Of a DNA stretch of 64,000 nt, positions 12,454-24,785 are shown piece after piece (position 1 is the stretch's first letter; each line of letters begins with the position of its first letter). The stretch comes from Antedon mediterranea. Lineage: Eukaryota > Animalia > Echinodermata. The translations under genes were made by a program, and so were the position numbers. Below the pieces are notes generated by a model. The model was not told the DNA's origin. It ran no database searches and was given only the letters and a program-made list of their open reading frames with translations. Location: NCBI RefSeq assembly GCF_964355755.1, contig NC_092671.1, positions 4,526,001-4,590,000 on the forward strand, written 5' to 3'.

Positions 12454-13869
12454 TTTTCTTCTGAAAATACTTAAAATACTCTGAAAGACTTGTGTTAGAT
12501 GTCCCGTCTTCAGTTACATCACATGATGCATTTTCAACAGCATTGACATTTTGTGTTTAAATATTTTCCCAGACTGTTTCACAATAAAATAACGATCTTG
12601 TGTAATAAAACAATGATCTTGTGTAATAAAATAAAACGACGTTGAATTTAATATCAACTGGATTGATTGGTTGCTTATAAAATATCGATGATAGTTCCGT
12701 GATAAAAACAATTTACATAGCAAGTGTCAGAATACTACTGGGCAAGAGGATGTGTTCATAACGTAGAGGTATGTGCTATAAAAGATACCTGGACATCTGG
12801 AAGAAGATTTTGGAGCTGTTGATATGTTCTCACAATTCTCTTCTTCCAATGCGATATACTGCCCTTTTAAAGCTTGATTACCATTGACGTATTTTGCAAT
12901 TGGTTACTTCGTGACTCGTTCTTGGAACAAGGCTTTCTAAAGTACAATTAATTTCCCTACAGAAACTAAATTAAATTTTCAAATGTAATCGATTTTGTTT
13001 TCATAATTTGTTATTATTTCTTAGGTACAATGTATTTGTAAACAGAATTCTAATGAAACACATGCTTCGATGCATAATTAAATCTGAAAATACAAAATAA
13101 TACAGTTTATACAGAATAGGCCTATTGCAGAATTCATTGTTACTCGGATGTTATCAATCTCACCGCAGTCCTCCATCCAGGAAAAAGGTAGCTTTCGATT
13201 TGGATGCAACGACCGACGACCAACATAAGTTAGGTCGGTTGCCGCCTGGACCCAGAAACCATAAAATGTGTGTCAATTAATTAACATGACGTCATTTGGT
13301 CATCATTCGTCGCAAATCGAAAGCTCCCCAATATCAAGATACTGCTGACTACATACAAGATCATCAACTAAACTGCCACCTTAAATTGATGAGCTCATCA
13401 AACCATTGTCCTCCTACTACGATTAAAGTTGTCAAAACCTGCTACTGTTTTCTATCTTCGTCTGCTCGTCATAATCATGAAATGTATAAACATTTAGAGA
13501 AGTCATCTACCACATATCACTTTACGCAACATCTTTTGACAATTAATTATTTTGGATTTTTTATAGAACAAGTTCTCATTTGGGAAAAATGTAGATGGAG
13601 ATTATTCATTATCATCATCATATACGGTATGTAAAAACATATGAAATTTGCTTTTCAGAGACAACAGGTTAAGATTTTATTAAATAATTATAATAATTAA
13701 ATTACAAAAGAAATGTGATTAAAATGTTGACTTTGATTTGTTATTCGTATTGCACTTGCAAGAAAATAATCTCTATGCAGCTTGACATAGTTGCATGATC
13801 GAAGATATCTCATACGCCAGACGAAGGAAAATGACGTAAACAAGATATAATGTAGTATTCAATGACAAA

Positions 13870-14195
13870 CGGAATCGACTTGTTTTAAACTGGCATGGTC
13901 TACAAACTGCCATGAACGTTCAGCGGAAAGCCAACGGATTTTTGAAGAGCTTTACGTACTCAGCACTCGCAAAAATGAGGTTTGCAGTCCACACAACCAG
14001 ATTTTTATTTGTACATCAGTCATCAAGAGTATTGGTACATACATCAAATCAATATAATTAGAAGCAACGCATCAGCTATTGCCAAATTGGCTAGATGCAC
14101 GTACACTGATTTGCGCAGTTTACTCACTATAACACTAATGTCATTATGTTACCCACAATGCCTAAAGCAACAGAAATGATATTGTAAAGTAAAAT
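13870..14195 (-). pseudogene. Degenerate GPCR TM1-TM3 relic
   Basis: Recognisable GIVGNIMT, LRKSVYV.LANLAIAD and WLS.ER/MAVCRP segments with indels. Confidence 0.75.
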
Positions 14196-14371
14196 CATAA
14201 TGATTATAAATGGGATAATTATAATAAAATATTGAATATAATTATACATTTAAAAACAAGTAAACATGATGAAATATCGGTTTCCTAGAACCAATATAAT
14301 CAAAAATTTATAAATAATTCATTATCTTCCTTCAGAAACAATTAATAATCAATTTTAAGGTTATTAATTTG

Positions 14372-14500
14372 TTTTAGTGCGCGTGATTAGTCGCATGCAA
14401 CGCGACTCTAAAGCTCACTATGTCGATCGGTTGGTCGGTCGGTCGGTAAACACTAACTCAAATTTTAGCACGCGACTGCAGCCATGTATATGGCCTTGTT
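14372..14500 (+). mobile_element. HINE/DINE-1-like Helentron-associated element
   Basis: subTIRs agtcgcatg / cacgcgact, (GTCG)n, 3' hairpin GCCAT-GTAT-ATGGC then CTTGTT; the paralogous site at ~48670-48685 is an empty T-run, with no TSD. Confidence 0.78.
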
Positions 14501-14664
14501 TTCATACGCATCCACAAGCAATTGGCAGTATGAACATTCTTATAAAATAATTTTAATTAAATTAATTCCTTCAGAATAATACATTATTTAAAACGTTTCA
14601 TGTTTAGAATAGAAGTACAATAATACAATACTTCTTTCAGAACAAGTTTAAGTTATTCAATATT

Positions 14665-14960
14665 ATTCTCTAAATTCTTCTGTAGAAAACGTCACTAAAT
14701 GCTTTTCTGAAATTTGTATTTACTACATTATATTAAAGGATTTACAGAAGAATTTAAGTATGTTCCCAAACGAAAAATATTCAAGAGACATCAGGAACGA
14801 TACAATTTTCATTATGTTGCTGATAACACGAAAGACGATCACAACATGAATAGGCACAATCTGTTCCACATTTCCATACAGGAACATATCAATGAGAGCA
14901 TCCTACCGACTCGTATTGATATGAACGCTGTATTCTTATTTTCGGATACCGGTGCATCAT
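14665..14960 (-). pseudogene. Internally deleted GPCR relic (N-terminus/TM1 fused to TM7)
   Basis: FGTYLNSSVNPLI and FRKAF.DVF adjacent to TM1/N-terminal sequence; duplicated at ~48880-49190. Confidence 0.75.
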
Positions 14961-15841
14961 ATGATGATGATAGTGTACTCTTCCAAAAAGCTCACTTCTT
15001 TTAGTGATGGTTTTCGCAATTTGAGTAACGTACGTATACCTACTGTACAACTTATACTAAGTGCATCTGAAAATTTTCCTATTAAAAAGTGGGCGCGACC
15101 ATTGTATGGTTACCAAATGTAAGTTCATAAAATGTAAATCTTTATATTTTTATGCAATATATATATTTTTTTTGCTTTGGAATATTTTAAATCAATAACA
15201 AATAAATAATTATGAAAAAAAAATAATGCACTAAATATAGTATACAATACTAAGTCAAGTAGAAATCGAAATGTAATTATGTAAAAGGTATTATTAAGCT
15301 TAAAAGAACATCGTTAAGTGCACTGATGTTTTATACATTAGCAAACATTACTACTTACAATTTTCACTTGAATACGAATGTTGTTAAAATTACCATTTTA
15401 CATAGTTACAATTTAGAGAGTCTTAGCGGTTAAAAAAGAGTCATTTATTTTTTCACACAAACAAAATAATTAATATTATACAAATAATGAATGTTTATGA
15501 TTTGTGTGGTATGCCTACAAATACCTTCACGAAGTGAAAGGTGGAGCGTTATATTTTCACGAGGCCAAACCATTCGAAAAATGAAGCACTCAAGTTTTGG
15601 ACGCAGAGGGCGCATGCAAAGCAGGTTGATCGAACAACAGCCTAAATTATTGTTGGCGTATGTTGTTGTTCATCGGACAAGTTCATAAACAATATCGTGA
15701 TTTAACATGATATATTACCATGATAAGTTTAGCACGATGAAGAGAAACCGTCAAATGAATTAATTATTCACGTTAAACTAGATTAATCATGTTTCTCCAG
15801 TGTGTTCCACTAGATCACGATAAGGTGGTTAAGCTGATCAC

Positions 15842-16024
15842 TTGTTTGAAGGTTTGCATGGCGAAATCAAATGTTGATATAAAGTTTTACGGTACACCAC
15901 GTGTATTAGTTCTGAAACATTCTCACTCCTGAGGACGATCAAAGCATATTGTTCGAAACGTCAAGGAACTCAACAGTTCTTTTCAGAACTAATACACGTG
16001 GTGTACCGTAAAACTTTATATCAA
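15842..16024 (+). mobile_element. Penelope-like retroelement terminal fragment with 44-bp perfect inverted repeat
   Basis: 12-bp duplication TAAGCTGATCAC (15830-15841, 16025-16036); arms 15874-15917 and 15981-16024; empty site at ~50307-50318; hammerhead motif between the arms. Confidence 0.72.
15926..15965 (+). ncRNA. Minimal type I hammerhead ribozyme motif (degenerate)
   Basis: ctc-CUGAGGA-(c)GAUCAA-agcaua-UUGUUC-GAAA-CG-UC-aag: catalytic boxes, stem II and a palindromic mini stem III as in Penelope-associated hammerheads. Confidence 0.62.
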
Positions 16025-16285
16025 TAAGCTGATCACGTTATTTAATAAGTTTAGGTTCACATCGATCGCATGACCAGTGGAAACATGACCGACGGTAATC
16101 TAAATCTAAGTAGAACTGCTTAGCAAGATGAACAGAAGAAAAAGTAATGATTGTCTGAAACTTTCATTCTAAGCATTTTATAACATGAATGTATAAATAG
16201 TCCAAGTCGACTAAAAAAAAAAAAGCAATACCCCTATAATTATAAGAAAACATTATTTTGAGATTAAAAAATCGTTAAATACATT

Positions 16286-17341
16286 TCATTTTCTACGACA
16301 TTTTCCGAAACAGAGGTCAACGAATGCTTTACGAAAACTTTCATTCACTACATTATATATCAAAGGATTTACAGATGAATTTATATAAGTTGCAAAATGG
16401 CAAATGGTTGACAACCAAAATACATCTGTTTCATGAATATTGAACTCATTAAACAAGTATAATGTTGCAAATACGTAAAACGGTGTCATACAAAACACAA
16501 AAACCGTGACTGTCACAAATGCTGTACAGAATATTTTACGCTCAGATCTTGAACGTTGGTCGGTCTTGCCTGAAGTTGGTACACTATCGCTGGATGTTCG
16601 TAAAGAATAGAGCATAAGCGAATATAACACTAAAATAATCACAATCAGTAGTATAGTGACTGCAAATTGCAACGTCCACAACATTGCAAATCGGTGTTCG
16701 TAGCTTTTCTTAATAATACATATGTTTGTACTATTTGAGACGTCTTTATACATATCAGGCCAAGGAAAATTGACGGTTGCTCCGTACCTATGTACAGATA
16801 TTAGTATATTCATCACCAAACTGAAAATCCATATAACTGCACATACTTTTACAGATCTTGAAAGAGTACCAAATCCACTTCTTTGAAACCAATAAGGTCT
16901 ACAAACTGCCACATAACGTTCAACGGAAAGCCAGAAAATCGTTAACATAGCTACATGCCCTGCAATCCAAGTGCCATAACATACCAGTCCACAAAACCAA
17001 CTCCATTCTACATCAATAGTTGCATTGGGTACAACAGTTATAGATTCCATACTTTTCCTTAATTCAACGGGCGCCACAATTAGAAGCAACGTATCAGCTA
17101 TCGCCAAATTGGCTAGATACACGTACACTGATCTTCGCAGTTTACTTACTATAACGATAAACGTCATTATGTTGCCGATAACGCCAAAAGCAACAACAAC
17201 ATTAATCACATACCTAAGCACCATCTCCTCAAAATCTCTCTGTAGAAACATATATATAAAACCATCATATTGACTCGTGTTAAAAGTCCCGTTATCAAAT
17301 ACCGGTTCACCGTGTGTTGTATTGTCGTCTGAAATTGACAT
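16286..17341 (-). CDS. Intronless class A GPCR, 351 aa
   Basis: Intact ATG-to-stop ORF; GN, LAIAD, SVERY, PWPDMY, CMTP, NPLIY. Confidence 0.95.
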   Translation of the reverse strand: MSISDDNTTHGEPVFDNGTFNTSQYDGFIYMFLQRDFEEMVLRYVINVVVAFGVIGNIMTFIVIVSKLRRSVYVYLANLAIADTLLLIVAPVELRKSMESITVVPNATIDVEWSWFCGLVCYGTWIAGHVAMLTIFWLSVERYVAVCRPYWFQRSGFGTLSRSVKVCAVIWIFSLVMNILISVHRYGATVNFPWPDMYKDVSNSTNICIIKKSYEHRFAMLWTLQFAVTILLIVIILVLYSLMLYSLRTSSDSVPTSGKTDQRSRSERKIFCTAFVTVTVFVFCMTPFYVFATLYLFNEFNIHETDVFWLSTICHFATYINSSVNPLIYNVVNESFRKAFVDLCFGKCRRK

Positions 17342-18309
17342 TGTTAATATCTAAAATCTTTCTGCTTTAAAACAACAAATGCAAATATGCCAGCGACGAC
17401 GTATACAATTCCGATACTAAGAAGATTTACTATTGCAATTATAAACACTTCTTTAGCGGTAGGTAACCAAAATTAAAAAAACTTTCCAAATGTTTACACC
17501 ACGAAAAAGGCTCAAGTTCTTCTCGAATGGTATTTGATACTAAAAAGCGGACGTGAAGATTACTGACGTTTGATTCAAACGAATACAACTTATAACATCT
17601 GGTAAACGATTTAGGTACAGGTACACAATCATATTCCCTTTCTTTGAATTCATGCATTCTACGTCACATGCGAAAGTATGTCTTGGCCAATAACAGGCGA
17701 CGGCTTGATCAATTAGTAGTTCTTTCAACTATTCGCAAACAATCTGCTCTTTTCTCTAATAACCTCAACAACCCATCCCAGTTGCGTGTAATCTTTCTGA
17801 ATTATTTATTACAAAGCCTCGGTTTATCATTAGCAGTGATTACCTGGGCAACGAATTAATTTAAATGTAAATAATTTCAAAAACTAATGCCACTCTTGAT
17901 TTGTTTTATGAGTTAATAATCTAAATTGTGACACATGCAAGGTTAAGGGAAACTATACAATCCAAGATTTAAATAGCTGGAAAAAATATCTTGATACCAT
18001 GTCTACTTCCAGAGATATATCAGTCTAAAGTTGTGGCTGTTGCAATCAGTGTTTTGAGAGTATCCGGAAATGATAAATACAAAAAATAAATAAAAAATAA
18101 ACAGGGCGTTTAAGTTTACGGCTTAGCAAAAGGATATTCCAATTGTTTTATTGGAATGAAACTTCGCACCTTCGTTAATTAACTATTGTTCTATTATTAT
18201 GCAAAAGTTCCATTAAAAATAAAATTTAATCATAAAAGATGATAGGTTTTATGAAAATAATACCTAATTTAGACCATCTTTGTGACCGACATACCACAAA
18301 TTGTTAACA

Positions 18310-18672
18310 TTTTATTTTTTATTTTTTTATTTTATTCAATCAAACAAACAGCGATAATTACCGCCGGTTTTTATACAAACAAAGCCAGGACTGTTTAAAG
18401 CACCTTGATTGGTCCTAACATTGACCAATGGCTTCTCTCGTCCAGTGCCCACCTTGACCAAAGAAAAGGCAAAAGCCAACGTCTGAGGCAGATACTAGAT
18501 GCAGGGGATGCTATAATAGTCAGCAGTGCTGATTTCAAATGCCTAACGGGACCCCAGCTCCATACAACACCCGATATTCCCAGATGGTCTCCCATCCAAG
18601 CTCTAACCAGGCCCAACGTTGGTTAACTTCGAGGATCTGACGAGAACCGCGTTTCAACGTTGTAAAGCCGTA
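18310..18672 (-). mobile_element. 5S rRNA-derived SINE (SINE3-type)
   Basis: Head 18561-18672 on the minus strand: tacggc..acgttgaaacgcggttctcgtcagatc.tcgaagttaaccaacgttgggcctggttag.gcttggatgggagacc.tctgggaatatcgggtgttgta (5S-like, box C intact, no oligo-T terminator); ~230-bp body; A-rich tail; body repeated at ~60440-60590. Confidence 0.85.
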
Positions 18673-19266
18673 TTATTATTTATTTATTTGTTTCAAAATA
18701 GAAAAACACCATGGTAATGTAAATAAATACTGTTCCAGCTATCATTTTCTGTAAAAAAATATTTAAAAATGTAATTTTTCAGCCTCTTATTGTTTTTTGG
18801 CGGTCTCCACAAATCTACACATGCGACGATTTCGCTTGCACGTGCCACATTTTAAAGTAAACATATCACTAGGCCTATCGTAATTTTAACATTTTAACTT
18901 CTTATAAAATATTGTATTTGCTGTTAAATATTATCTGAAGAATGAATGCAATTTGCGCAATATAAGTGAATACAACTATTATTATTTATTTTATGTATTT
19001 ATAAAGTTGTTAATACCCTTACTAATATGAGTATTGCATGGAACTTTAAAATAAAGTTATATCATCAATATCATTGCAATAGTTTCAAGATTGAATTGTC
19101 TTGTGACAAAGAAAATAAATCAAGTTAACATTAATCTACTAACGTATAGCTCTATCAATTGATAGTCGAAAATATCACAATTTCATCACCTTCTTTTTCA
19201 CACTACCGAATAATGAATGACTAAACGTATGTAAAAATGGTAGGCCTAGCACGTTTATTTCGGCGC

Positions 19267-19356
19267 GCACACAGAGGATCGGATTCGGCACACAGAGGAT
19301 CGGATTCGGCACACAGAGGATCGGATTCGGCACACAGAGGATCGGATTCGGCACAC
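19267..19356. repeat. 21-bp minisatellite, 4.3 perfect copies
   Basis: (GCACACAGAGGATCGGATTCG)4 plus GCACAC. Confidence 0.95.
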
Positions 19357-19664
19357 GGGAAATAATAAACCTTGATCTATTTGCAGGTCTTTAAGCTAAT
19401 TGCTATCCACAGTTTCCTTTACTCATCCGGACATTAAATCTAATGTGCAATATAGGATATAAGTTTGTCGGAAGAATCAAATCAAATGACTGAACGCAAT
19501 ATGCACTGCATCAATATTCCAAAAGTCACTAAATTATACAAAAAGACAGTAATAAATGAAATATTAATATTTATTCAAACATATAAATATGTAACATAAG
19601 CTAGCTGATAATTGTTTTATTAAAACACTAACATCAATTTACTATTATTATTTCATTTATTTAA

Positions 19665-20203
19665 AGATGTATTGTCCCTTGAAACACAAAAAAAATGAAG
19701 AAAAAAAATATTCTAAATTTAAATTGGTCATATCAAAGTAATATTAATGTTATTCACTTTAAGTCGAAAATTCGAGCCAAAAACAACAAGTTTACGTAAT
19801 TAATTTGATTACACTTCGTCTGGAAAATCGTCACGAGCGAAAGTAAACAAAGATTTCAAACCATTAGTATGCATTATGCATGATGCTAATTAGGATTGTT
19901 TCAACTCGTCGCGGTTGCGAAGGTGTTTTCACACAGATCGCGAAGAAGTTTTATGATTATGCATACAGAGTAGCCAAACAAGCGCGTTGCATTATAAGAT
20001 ATGTTTTGATCAAAAAAAAACTTTGACTGGAAGTCAAAGTTATTATTTGAACAAAAAAACGTCTGTATTTCGGTTAAATTATTTTTTTTTCCGACTAATT
20101 TTTGGTGAAAGTTAATAACTATCATGATACTTCAAAATGACCCGCTTTTTTTTTGAAATATTAAAAAATATTTTATTTAATTTGTCAAAGGGACAATACA
20201 TGT
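19665..20203. mobile_element. MITE-like element (possibly Kolobok-like, TTAA-flanked on the left)
   Basis: Inverted termini agatgtattgtcccttga / tcaaagggacaatacatgt; right-hand TSD degenerate. Confidence 0.5.
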
Positions 20204-20450
20204 AAATATACAGGTGAAGAGCACCAAATGCCCTCATGACCTAGCATTTTTTTCCAAAAAATCTAGCATAATTATACCAAATCTAGCATAAATTGGCAAA
20301 ACATCTCAAGTGAACACGTAATTTGCATAACATTAGAAGAACTTCGATTCCAATCTATATGGATTGTTGGTTGATGCAAAAAATAAAAAACTTTAAAACA
20401 AGGTTTGATGTTCGTAAGTTTAAAAGCAATATATTGTAAGCAGGTGCAAC

Positions 20451-21476
20451 TTAGTCGTAAAATATATCATTTAATTTTCTACGATTTTTTCTGAAGACGT
20501 CAACAAATGCTTTTCTGAAACTTTCATTAACTGCACTATATATCAAAGGATTTACAGATGAGTTTATATATGTTCCACATCGACAAATGGCTGAAAGCCA
20601 AAATATATCCGATCCACTATTATCAAACAAGTATACAATGCCAAACGCATAAAACGGTGTCATGCAGATAACATAAACTACGACTGTCACAAAAACTGTA
20701 CAGAATATTTTCCTTTCAGATTTCAAACGTGGGTCGGTCTCGTATGAATTTGGAAGGGTATTGTGGGATTTCTTTAAAGAATAGAAAATAAGTAAATATA
20801 AAACAAAAATAATCACAATTAGTAATATAGTAATTGCAAATTGTAGTAGCCATACAATTTTACACAGTGTGTAGTAGCTGTCCTTAATAACACATACAGT
20901 TGCCTGATTCGAGATACCTCTATACATATTAGGCCACGGAAAAGTTACGGTTGCTCGGTACCGATAAGCGTATATTACTGTGTTTACAGACAAACTGAAA
21001 AACCATATCATTGCACATATCTTTATGGATCTTATGAGAGTACCAAATCCACTTGTTTTAAACCAATAAGGTCGACAAACTGCCATATAACGTTCAACAG
21101 AGAGCCAAACAATCGTTAAAATGCCAACATGCGCAGCACTCACCGAGCAGTAAGCTTCCAGTCCACACAACAAATCCCATTCTACATTGTAATCCGTATA
21201 TAATTCCAGAATAAATTCATCACTCTTTCCTATTTCAGTAGGCGACACAAATAAAAACAACGTATCAGCTATTGCCAAGTTGGCTAGATACACGTACACT
21301 GATTTGCGCAGTTTACTTGCTATAACGACAAATGTTATTATGTTGCCGATAACACCAATAGCAACGACAATACTTGTCAAATACCTAAGTACCATCTTTT
21401 CAAAATCTCTCTGCAGGAACAGATCTATGACATCATCATATGTGTTATACGTTGAATTTGCGTCTGAGACTGACAT
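20451..21476 (-). CDS. Intronless class A GPCR, 341 aa
   Basis: Intact ORF; GN, LAIAD, SVERY, PWPNMYRG, CMTP, NPLIY; no counterpart in duplicate B. Confidence 0.95.
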   Translation of the reverse strand: MSVSDANSTYNTYDDVIDLFLQRDFEKMVLRYLTSIVVAIGVIGNIITFVVIASKLRKSVYVYLANLAIADTLFLFVSPTEIGKSDEFILELYTDYNVEWDLLCGLEAYCSVSAAHVGILTIVWLSVERYMAVCRPYWFKTSGFGTLIRSIKICAMIWFFSLSVNTVIYAYRYRATVTFPWPNMYRGISNQATVCVIKDSYYTLCKIVWLLQFAITILLIVIIFVLYLLIFYSLKKSHNTLPNSYETDPRLKSERKIFCTVFVTVVVYVICMTPFYAFGIVYLFDNSGSDIFWLSAICRCGTYINSSVNPLIYSAVNESFRKAFVDVFRKNRRKLNDIFYD

Positions 21477-21872
21477 ATTTAAATATTTAGAAATTTTATT
21501 CAGCTTTGAAATAACGACGAGGCGAACAATGCCAGTAATTGGGGTGAGTAGAATTACTAATGACGTGATAAAACTTTTTTAGTGATAAGTTACCGAGATT
21601 CAAAAATCTTCCAAATATTTACAGCACAAATAAAGCTCAAAGTTTACTTGACAATATATCTGTTACTATCGCTTGATTCAAACGAATACCACTTATTTAT
21701 CATGAAAACGATTTATGTACAAATTCATTCACAAGTTACCACAAGACCTAATTACATCCTTCCTTTTTCGTGGAATTCTACTGCAGAAAAAAAGATAAGG
21801 ATAACAAGCGACGCCGACAGTATGGGTCATTGTTCGTTTGACTATTCGATCACAATCTGCTCCTTTCTCTAA

Positions 21873-22352
21873 AACCTGTTGTCCAGTCGACGTTGAAGTA
21901 CGTTGAGTTGCATTGGATTTTTTAAATCGTTAAGCCTGTTTTTTCCAGTCGACGTTGAGTTTACCGGATTCACATTTTTACACGATCGTTCATGGTTTTC
22001 TTGGTTCTATCGAGCGTTGCTGGGACACGTTCACGTTAAGTGTTGCAAAACCACCACAACCTAGCCTAAAACATGTTTATGCTGATATCTAAGGACAAAC
22101 ATTGAATATTACAATGTAATTTGACTTACATTAATTGTTAGTTTGAAATATCAGACAATAAAAAAAACTTGCGTTGTAAAATTCAAGAATTATTAGCGCG
22201 TACAGTATTTTGTTCACAAACTATGATGACATAATTTGTAAATCATTTGATTATTGGTCAGTTTTAACAATCGTTTATTTTTACCCCCTTTTCCTGTAAA
22301 ATTGTTGCATCTGGTTAATTCAATGCAACTCCCCGCAACTGGAAAACAGGGT
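21873..22352. mobile_element. PIF/Harbinger-like MITE, TAA TSD
   Basis: Termini aacctgttgtccagt / actggaaaacagggt flanked by TAA; the homologous upstream region at ~17750-17780 lacks it. Confidence 0.65.
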
Positions 22353-23702
22353 TAATAAACCCAACATCCCTGTTTGTTAAATTGTGTTCGCGTCATGTTA
22401 CTATGTGTAATATTGTAATCAGAAAGATGTTACGTTATGGTTATTTTTACTTAATTAAGTAAACTTATATTATATATTTTCAAATAAAGAAACAGGTGTT
22501 AGAGATAATGCAATAACATTTACCAGTGAATTTTGTAGAAGATTTATTTTTAGGATACTTAGGTACCATTATATTCAGAGACCACAGATGTCATTGCCTT
22601 ATATTTAAGGATATAATGAATGTACGATTATTTTAAAAATTATCCGTCGAGAGCTTGTTCCATAAATAAGTATAATTATTTGATTACTATGAAATGTACT
22701 CACATACTCACACAGTACTTTCCTCTTAATGTACAAGTCCTACACAAGGGTAGCAACTGTATTCAAAGTTACTCGTTGCTGTTCCTCAAAAATATATTTG
22801 TATTATTATTATTGTAAATGAATATTATAATGGCTGCTTTTGTTCTGCTGTTTAATTACCATGTCGAACAATCTATTACTCTGAATTGTAGCGACATAAT
22901 ATAAGCCACATCCTTCCTTCCAGTGGCTTGAGGGTACTTGTGTTTTGTATAAGGTACATCCAATTCATTCTAATTTGTATTTAAACAACGTACAATTATT
23001 ATATGTTATTTTAATATATTCAGTAAAAGATAATTGTTCGTAATACATAAATCGTGTATGGCCAAATGAAATTCCATTGTAGTTAAATTACTCATTGGGT
23101 GAAAATAAACTTGGTATTGCACTACAGTATCCATAACACTCACATCTAGTATCTCCATTTACTATTTCATACATTCCCTTGCTCTTTTTCCATTTAAATT
23201 CGCTGTTCTAAGATGTGTAAGACTATGTTTAGGTATAAATTCATTATTATCATGCTTTATGTGTCATCACTATCACTAGTGTCATCAACCTTCATCGTTG
23301 TATCATCATCCTGTTAATATTTATCACTATTTCATATGATTATTTTCTACATAAAATCAATATTTATAAAACACCTAAATAAACCCAATTATTACACATC
23401 TTGGTTCTACAATTGATAGCATTTTTTCCCAAATATTAAATAATAAATATCTAATTAAAAGATTTCTCGTTTATGAGACCTTCAGATCTTCGAACATTTC
23501 AACATAGGCCTAAAACGTTTTGATTGTAACTTTTTTAACAAGCAAAATTAGTAGGCATACATATAGAAATGTTAGTTCACATCAAATGCCATTTGGAATG
23601 TTATTGTTTATGCCAACGCCAAGCAGAACATTACCGTGCTATTTGGATTTCCAACGCGAAATTACAGAACTTCATTGTATATTGCGTTGAGAATGCTACC
23701 TA

Positions 23703-24785
23703 CTAAGGTGGTTTAGGTATCATTTTAGTATATCTGTTGTAGAAAACTTCAACACATGCTTGTCTAAAACTTACATTGAATACATTATATATCAAGGGAT
23801 TTACGGAAGAATTTATATATGTTCCAAAACGACAAACAATTGAAAACCAAAATGCATCTGTTCCAAAAAAATTAAACAAGTATAATATTGCAAACACATA
23901 AATCGGTGTCATGCAGAAAACATAAACTGTAACAGTCACAAAAACTGTACAGAAAATTCTCCTCTCAGATTTATAACGTGGGTCGGAATTAGACACGGTA
24001 TTGTGTGACTTTCTTAAAGAATAGAGCATAAGAAAGCATAAAGCTAAAATAATCCCAATTAACAACATAGTTAATGTGAATTTCAGCGTCCACAAAATTG
24101 TACATAGTTTTTTGTAGTTTGGTTTGATGAGACATATAGTTGCACGATTTGAGATACCTCTATACATATCAGGCCAAGGAAAAATAACGTTTCCTTGGTA
24201 TTTATAAACAAGTGATGTTGTATTCACAGACAAACTGAAAATCCATATAATTACACAAACTTTTGCAGATCTTGAAAGAGTACCGAATCTGCTTATTTTA
24301 AACTGGTATGGTCTACAAACTGCCATATAACGTTCAATGGAAAGCCAAAGAATGGTTAAAATGGCTACATGCACGGCACACACAGGTAGGTAAGTTTGCA
24401 ACCCACACAACCATGTCTTTCGTAAATCATAAATTTTATAGGATATCGGAACCAAATCCTCACTTATTCCCACTTCAACAGGCGCCGCAATTAAAAATAA
24501 CGTGTCAGCTATCGCCAAATTGGCTAGATACACGTAAACTGATTTGCGCAGTTTACTTACTATTACGATAAATGTCATAATGTTGCCGATAACACCAAAA
24601 GCGATCATAATATAAATGACGTATTTAAGCACCATCTGTTCAAAATCTCTTTTTAGGAATATATCTATGAAATCATCATATTGACTGGTGTTAGACGTTG
24701 AAGTAAAGTGTCCATTGTCGTGTGATGTATTTTCAACTGAAATTGACATTTTTCTGTTTTGGAAAACATCTAGGCCTACATTCAT
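23703..24785 (-). CDS. Intronless class A GPCR, ~360 aa (alternative ATG at 24749)
   Basis: Intact 7TM ORF; first ATG at 24785 (the track start at 24986 is TTG); SIERY, PWPDMYRG..C, CMTP, NPLIY. Confidence 0.93.
   Translation of the reverse strand: MNVGLDVFQNRKMSISVENTSHDNGHFTSTSNTSQYDDFIDIFLKRDFEQMVLKYVIYIMIAFGVIGNIMTFIVIVSKLRKSVYVYLANLAIADTLFLIAAPVEVGISEDLVPISYKIYDLRKTWLCGLQTYLPVCAVHVAILTILWLSIERYMAVCRPYQFKISRFGTLSRSAKVCVIIWIFSLSVNTTSLVYKYQGNVIFPWPDMYRGISNRATICLIKPNYKKLCTILWTLKFTLTMLLIGIILALCFLMLYSLRKSHNTVSNSDPRYKSERRIFCTVFVTVTVYVFCMTPIYVFAILYLFNFFGTDAFWFSIVCRFGTYINSSVNPLIYNVFNVSFRQACVEVFYNRYTKMIPKPP

Noticed and set aside
18561-18672. Functional 5S rRNA gene
   Set aside because: Many substitutions and indels, clipped 5' end, no oligo-T terminator, fused to a repeated body and A-rich tail.
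17942-18760. MITE enclosing the 5S-SINE (inverted atagctggaa / ttccagctat)
   Set aside because: Only short, degenerate inverted similarity; termini and TSD not definable.
19267-19356. Possible CRISPR-like array
   Set aside because: Head-to-tail identical repeats with no spacers, no cas genes, eukaryotic context.
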